From Candidatus Binatia bacterium (lineage in GTDB: Bacteria > Desulfobacterota > Binatia > Bin18): a stretch of 64,000 bases of DNA. The notes under the pieces are model-generated. The model was not told the origin of the DNA. It was given only the letters and a program-made list of their open reading frames with translations, and did no database searches. The stretch covers positions 1,216,001-1,280,000 of the forward strand of contig OY761159.2 in NCBI GenBank assembly GCA_963664395.2. Reading direction: 5' to 3'. The position numbers and the translations under genes were made by a program. Shown one piece after another: positions 59,406 through 64,000 of the stretch; position 1 is the stretch's first letter; each line of letters starts with the position of its first letter.

Positions 59406-60584
59406 GTGCGCAAGGCGTGGATCTTCGTCAGTGCTGCGTTTGTCTGGCTCGGCATAGGGTTGGCCTTTGCCCAGTCTGGGCCACTTGGCCTTCAGAAAGT
59501 CCAACTCTCAGTCAACGGGAATCGTCGCTCTGTCCTCTTTCAGTTCTCGCGTCCACCGGACTCCATCAACTCGTTTACCCTCTCGTCCCCCTCCCGTTTG
59601 GTCATTGACGTACACGGTCCGCTTCAGGGCGTACCAACAGCAGCATACCGGGCAGATGACGAGCTCCTTGCCCAAGTCCGCCTCGGTACGCATCCGGGCT
59701 ATCTCCGACTTGTCCTGGACCTCAAAGAGACCGAGGTCCCGCCCTTTACCATGGAACAACGCACTGATCGGGTCGTCATTGTCTTTGTCCACGAAAACGG
59801 GGCGGGAGGAGAAGCCTACTCGCAGATACTTTTTTCGCCTAAGACTGCAAAAGCGCTGCCCAAGCGCACAGTTGCCCTCTCTCGGCCCGTCAGTCCAACG
59901 ACTCCCGTACCACCTGTGCCACCACCGCTCCCGCCACCCTCTCCGCAGCCCGTCGCTCAGCCGCCCGCTCAGCCACCCACCCCCGACCCGTTGCCGCAAC
60001 GGTCTTTATCGTCCCAGGCACTTGTACACTTGCAGCAGGGACAGGAATTTTACGATAAAGGGGAGTTGAATAAGGCGATTTTTGAGTGGCGCGAAACCGT
60101 TCGCTTAGCTCCGACCAACGCCAAAGCCCATCATCTGCTCGGATTGGCGCTCGGGGATAATGGGGCGCGTGACGAGGCGATTGGCATGTTGCAAACATCA
60201 CTTCGGCTCGACCCCCACAATGCTATGGCTCACGTGCATCTTGCCCGCACGCTAGAAGCCAAAGGCGATATCCAAGAAGCAGTGATCGCCTATCGCAAAG
60301 CGCTCCAGCTCGTTCCCACCTCGGCGTATATTCATGACCGCTTGGGCCATATCTTTGCCGCTCAGGGAAATACCCAAGAGGCAGCGCACGAGTGGCAACG
60401 TGCGATCGAGTTAGACGCAGACTATGCGTATACCCATGCCAATCTGGGTGAGGCGTTTGAAAGCTTAGGGCAAAAGGCACAGGCGCTGGCCGCCTACGAG
60501 CGCGCGCTCAAGCTCGACCCACAGGCGTCTTTTGCTCCCGAAGTGAAGAAGCGGATTGCCCGTCTCCGCTCCTCGGGATCCTAG
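59406..60584 (+). CDS. Exported AMIN-domain + Pro-rich linker + TPR protein
   Basis: Signal peptide; FTLSSPSRLVIDV and LRLVLDL AMIN motifs; Pro-rich linker; about 5 TPRs. Confidence 0.82.
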   Translation: MRKAWIFVSAAFVWLGIGLAFAQSGPLGLQKVQLSVNGNRRSVLFQFSRPPDSINSFTLSSPSRLVIDVHGPLQGVPTAAYRADDELLAQVRLGTHPGYLRLVLDLKETEVPPFTMEQRTDRVVIVFVHENGAGGEAYSQILFSPKTAKALPKRTVALSRPVSPTTPVPPVPPPLPPPSPQPVAQPPAQPPTPDPLPQRSLSSQALVHLQQGQEFYDKGELNKAIFEWRETVRLAPTNAKAHHLLGLALGDNGARDEAIGMLQTSLRLDPHNAMAHVHLARTLEAKGDIQEAVIAYRKALQLVPTSAYIHDRLGHIFAAQGNTQEAAHEWQRAIELDADYAYTHANLGEAFESLGQKAQALAAYERALKLDPQASFAPEVKKRIARLRSSGS

Positions 60585-60603
60585 GTCGGGTGGTGCCGAA
60601 GGA

Positions 60604-62202
60604 CTAAAATTGAAAGATGGCGCTGAAAACACTCTCGTGGCGACTATCGCGGGGGCGACCATACAGGTCCCCAATGGCCCAGGGGCCCGGGTCGTGCCCA
60701 CTGACCCGCCAGAAGAAATTCTGCTCGAATCGAAAGACAATATAGTTTGACCACAGGTAGTCCATAGCGAACTTATTATATGCCCCGGTCGAGAGCGGAT
60801 CGAGCGCAAACACAAACAACGGCTGCCAGAGTCCGGCTGGCCCGTAACTGGTGGAAGCGGAAAAGGTAATGACAAACTCGTTTTGGTCGATTTTGTCTGC
60901 ATTCGTGCTGATGAATCGGCCCGGTACGACCTCGCCGTCAAGGTGGGCACGCCGGACGGACGGAATGCCGCGGTAGAGCCGACTGTAATCCAGATATCGC
61001 CGCCAGAAGAACTGCGCGGAAAGAAAAAACGTCCGCATATTATTCAGCGGGCGAATCCAGGTCGGGCGGTCGATGGCCAGCATGACGACCGAGCGGCTGG
61101 CCGTGTCGAATTGATTCCCATCCGGGTCGATCCGGCTTGACGCGTTCGGAGCAAGCGTGACCGGCACACCCGTCGTAAAAGTCGTTTCCGCCCGGAAAAC
61201 CGACTGCGTATATTTTTCCTCCGAATAATTGGCCGCAATGCCGACAACGTGGGAGCGCGGATGCTCGGTTTCGAGCACGGCACGCAAGGTATTGCCCTCA
61301 AGACGGGCTGAGCGAAACTTGAAGCCGGCGTCGGCGGAAAAGCCGTAGAAATAGTTGAGGCTGAAATCGATCCCGCCCCAGATAGCCTTGAGCCGCACCC
61401 CGGCCTGACCATTCTTGAGTTTTTTGCTCGGCTTGCCGTCTCTGACCGTGAGGTCAAGATCACGGAGTTCCCCCCCAATCAGGGCGGAATTCGCAACCGC
61501 AGACAGGCCGTCGCCGATAAACCCCCACGGCCGGCGGGGGTCCGCAGCCACCTTATTGGGCTGAAAATCCCACGGAATCCAGACCGCCTCGACAAAGGAC
61601 TCTTCGAGCGGACCGAATTTGCCGATGTCGTAAATCGCCCGCGCCATCCACAGCGGGATGCGGATATCCTCCCAGGGCTCCCAGTTGGCGTGCCAGCGCA
61701 GATCAAGCGGATTGATGACATCCAGCGCCCGAAAATTATCGGTTTCACCCCAGACGACTTGCTGGCGGCCCAGCCGGAGTGTAAACGGGGGTAGCACCAT
61801 ATCGACAAAGGCTTCACGGAGTTTGTACTCGAACTGCCGGTTGAGCCGCTCATCCTTGCCGAACGCTTGGCTATAGGTGTGCCGAATATCATAAATCGAG
61901 TCGTACACGCCGCGACCGGTAAGGGTCAGCGTGGCCTCTTCAAGCGGGCCGGTGCCGAAACGACCAAAGGCCAGACCCTCCCGCAAAAAATAATACTTGC
62001 CCTCCAGTTGCGCCGTATTGCGCTGCATGATGAGTTCCGCATCCCGAAACATCGGGGTACGGAGAGTGTTTTGGGTTTTCACAAACCCTTCGAGCTCAAT
62101 GTCGTCGGTAACATTAATAATGCCCCACGACGGTGCGGGCAGCACGGCCAAGCAGAGGAGGAGGGCACAAGCGGCGAAGCAGATACGAAGGCGCATGTTC
62201 AT
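60604..62202 (-). CDS. DUF1302-like outer-membrane beta-barrel protein
   Basis: Signal peptide, LREAFVD, LGRQQVVWGETD...DVINPLD, C-terminal Phe; downstream of DUF1329 genes. Confidence 0.75.
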   Translation of the reverse strand: MNMRLRICFAACALLLCLAVLPAPSWGIINVTDDIELEGFVKTQNTLRTPMFRDAELIMQRNTAQLEGKYYFLREGLAFGRFGTGPLEEATLTLTGRGVYDSIYDIRHTYSQAFGKDERLNRQFEYKLREAFVDMVLPPFTLRLGRQQVVWGETDNFRALDVINPLDLRWHANWEPWEDIRIPLWMARAIYDIGKFGPLEESFVEAVWIPWDFQPNKVAADPRRPWGFIGDGLSAVANSALIGGELRDLDLTVRDGKPSKKLKNGQAGVRLKAIWGGIDFSLNYFYGFSADAGFKFRSARLEGNTLRAVLETEHPRSHVVGIAANYSEEKYTQSVFRAETTFTTGVPVTLAPNASSRIDPDGNQFDTASRSVVMLAIDRPTWIRPLNNMRTFFLSAQFFWRRYLDYSRLYRGIPSVRRAHLDGEVVPGRFISTNADKIDQNEFVITFSASTSYGPAGLWQPLFVFALDPLSTGAYNKFAMDYLWSNYIVFRFEQNFFWRVSGHDPGPWAIGDLYGRPRDSRHESVFSAIFQF

Positions 62203-62223
62203 CCTATCCTGAGGGGGCTTTTC

Positions 62224-63540
62224 CTAGCGCCGCCCGCTGACCATATTGCGGACGGAGTAGAATTGCTTCGCCCGCCCCGGGGAGAAATGTCTCGTCATGA
62301 CATAACAGTGCATATACGTAGCGTGCGGCTTTTTGGCGTTAATATCGGTCTCTCCCAGATGGTAGAATATCCGCTCCCCGACATTATTCGAGAAATCCAG
62401 CTTCATATACGGCGCTTGGGCGGAGGTCTCGTGGGCATAGCCTTCGGAATACTTGAGAAAATGCTGGTTCATGCGCAAGAGGTGATCGTCCTGCCGGTCA
62501 AAGCCGAACATCCACAGCGTCCAGAACGTCTCGGTGTCGACAAAGATGATCTTATGACTATACGGGTGGTTTGCGGCTTTAGGATCAATCAAGAGCACAT
62601 GCGCCTCGCGTACCTCCCAGCGCGCGTTCTTCGGTACCCACAGGTGCGGACCGCCGGCTTCCGGATTAGTCTCGACATTGATCGTGGCGATCACTCGCCT
62701 CTTTCCTAGATAGGTCCAGTTGTGCTCATACACCTTGCCGCCGAAGCCTATGAAGTCTTCCATGGTGAAATCCATGCCCATGACCTCGCTCGTGCGCTCG
62801 GAGGCCAGCGTTCGCCGCGGCTTGCGCTGCGCCGGCACATACATCCAACCGTCGTCCTCTTTGTAGTGATCCACATAGGTTTTGGTCAGCATTTTCGCCC
62901 CGGCCATGTCACGTGGCGAGCGGAATTCCATCAGTTGCTTGGTTTTCACTTCTTCATAGCCCGGCACCAAGCAGTGGTCCCCCTGGGCATAACGGGAAGC
63001 GACCGCGGTAAACTCAAACTGTCGGTCCAACTGTCCGTTCGGACTCCGCGACCAGGCCACCATAGGCATGACATAGTCCTCGCCCCCAGGTCGCCACAAC
63101 ATATTCCAGACAACTTTCTGCGCCGCCTGCGGGTCGTCGGCGTCGATATCCGGGAAAGGAAAGCCCCCGCCTTTAAATCCGGTCAGCACGCCCCCCTCAT
63201 CCAGTTTATACCCGGACGGGACATTCTTGCCCCAATCTACCGGGGGCGGGTAGGTTCCGGTTTCTGCAATCTCCATATCCATGCCGTCATAGAAGTAGTA
63301 TTCCCAGGCCGGCTGGGGAATGAGCGGCTCCAGTATGGCGCGATCTTTGAGGGTGAGATGCTGTCCGGGGGTCAGTTCAACCTCTGGACGGGAGTGCTCG
63401 ATCCAGTTCCGCAGCGTGTCATAGCTCTGGTCCTGGTTGGCAAGCGCGGTTGTGGGTGGCACCCAGAGGCCGCTGAGCACCAGCGCCAAGGCGAGGAAGA
63501 GGACACACGAGGCGAAGCAGGTACGAAGGCGCATGTTCAT
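62224..63540 (-). CDS. DUF1329 family (LolA-like) periplasmic protein
   Basis: GFPFPDIDADDPQAAQKVVWN, WMYVPAQRKPRR, RWEVREA. Confidence 0.78.
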   Translation of the reverse strand: MNMRLRTCFASCVLFLALALVLSGLWVPPTTALANQDQSYDTLRNWIEHSRPEVELTPGQHLTLKDRAILEPLIPQPAWEYYFYDGMDMEIAETGTYPPPVDWGKNVPSGYKLDEGGVLTGFKGGGFPFPDIDADDPQAAQKVVWNMLWRPGGEDYVMPMVAWSRSPNGQLDRQFEFTAVASRYAQGDHCLVPGYEEVKTKQLMEFRSPRDMAGAKMLTKTYVDHYKEDDGWMYVPAQRKPRRTLASERTSEVMGMDFTMEDFIGFGGKVYEHNWTYLGKRRVIATINVETNPEAGGPHLWVPKNARWEVREAHVLLIDPKAANHPYSHKIIFVDTETFWTLWMFGFDRQDDHLLRMNQHFLKYSEGYAHETSAQAPYMKLDFSNNVGERIFYHLGETDINAKKPHATYMHCYVMTRHFSPGRAKQFYSVRNMVSGRR

Positions 63541-63549
63541 CCTATCTTC

Positions 63550-64000
63550 CTAGCGCCGCCCGCTGACCATATTGCGGACGGAGTAGAATTGCTTGGCCCG
63601 ACCCGGAGAGAAATGTCTCGTCATGACATAACAATGCGAGAAAGTCGCGTGCGGTTTCTTGGGGTTAATATCGGTTTCTCCCAGATGGTAGAATACCCGC
63701 TGCCCGACATTATTCGCGAAATCCAGCTTCATATACGGCGCTTGGGCGACGGTCTCGTGGGCAAAGCTTTCGGAATACTTGAGAAAGTGCTGGTTCATGC
63801 GCAAGAGGTGATCGTCCTGCCGGTCAAAGCCGAACATCCACAGCGTCCAGAACGTCTCGGTGTCGATAAAGAGGATCTTGTGGCTATACGGGTGGTTTGC
63901 GGCTTTGGGATCAACCAAAAGCACATGCGCCTCGCGCACCTCCCAGCGGGCGTTGTGCGGCACCCACAGGTGCGGACCGCCGGCTTCCGGATTGGTCTCG
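63550..64000 (-). CDS. Second DUF1329 paralog (5' part outside window)
   Basis: Near-identical to the C-terminal 150 aa of 62224-63540; frame open to the window edge. Confidence 0.8.
   Translation of the reverse strand, partial: ETNPEAGGPHLWVPHNARWEVREAHVLLVDPKAANHPYSHKILFIDTETFWTLWMFGFDRQDDHLLRMNQHFLKYSESFAHETVAQAPYMKLDFANNVGQRVFYHLGETDINPKKPHATFSHCYVMTRHFSPGRAKQFYSVRNMVSGRR

Noticed and set aside
59880-60000. C-rich low-complexity repeat-like stretch
   Set aside because: Explained by the Pro-rich linker of the AMIN-TPR protein.
1-64000. CRISPR array, rRNA, transposase, integrase or prophage genes
   Set aside because: No regularly spaced repeat-spacer array and no recognisable motifs for these were seen; the short repeats occur only in pairs.

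Overview
Bacterial chromosomal window, moderately GC-rich, mostly housekeeping and catabolic genes. Gene content suggests a Deltaproteobacteria-like lineage, possibly Candidatus Binatia (inference only, from the many LLM oxidoreductases, acyl-CoA dehydrogenases and DUF1329/DUF1302 genes). Core blocks: dprA-topA-trmFO, argS, a UvrD helicase, groEL, the thrS-infC-rpmI-rplT...ihfA-merR cluster, rpsF-ssb-rpsR-rplI, ispE-tRNA-Gln-prs-rplY-pth, and tRNA-Val. A 13-gene minus-strand catabolic or detoxification run (22.5-35.6 kb) includes a haloalkane dehalogenase. There are two small accessory inserts. The first is an ABC-type ATPase + DUF4276 TOPRIM-like pair (4.2-6.2 kb). The second is a TA/nuclease islet (20.0-22.4 kb) holding an unusual higA-DUF2442-NucS-like operon and a RelE/HTH module flanked by a duplicated MATE 5' end. 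Other notable points: pheS-pheT sit at their canonical locus but inverted and look xenologous; a perfect hairpin covers the thrS initiation region; groEL lacks an adjacent groES and has a His/Asp tail; the SSB is tail-less and PriB-sized; several REP-like palindromes occur; and a DUF1329 tandem duplication shares the DUF1302 signal peptide. No CRISPR array, rRNA, transposase or integrase was seen. All family calls come from motif recognition by eye; no database searches were run.
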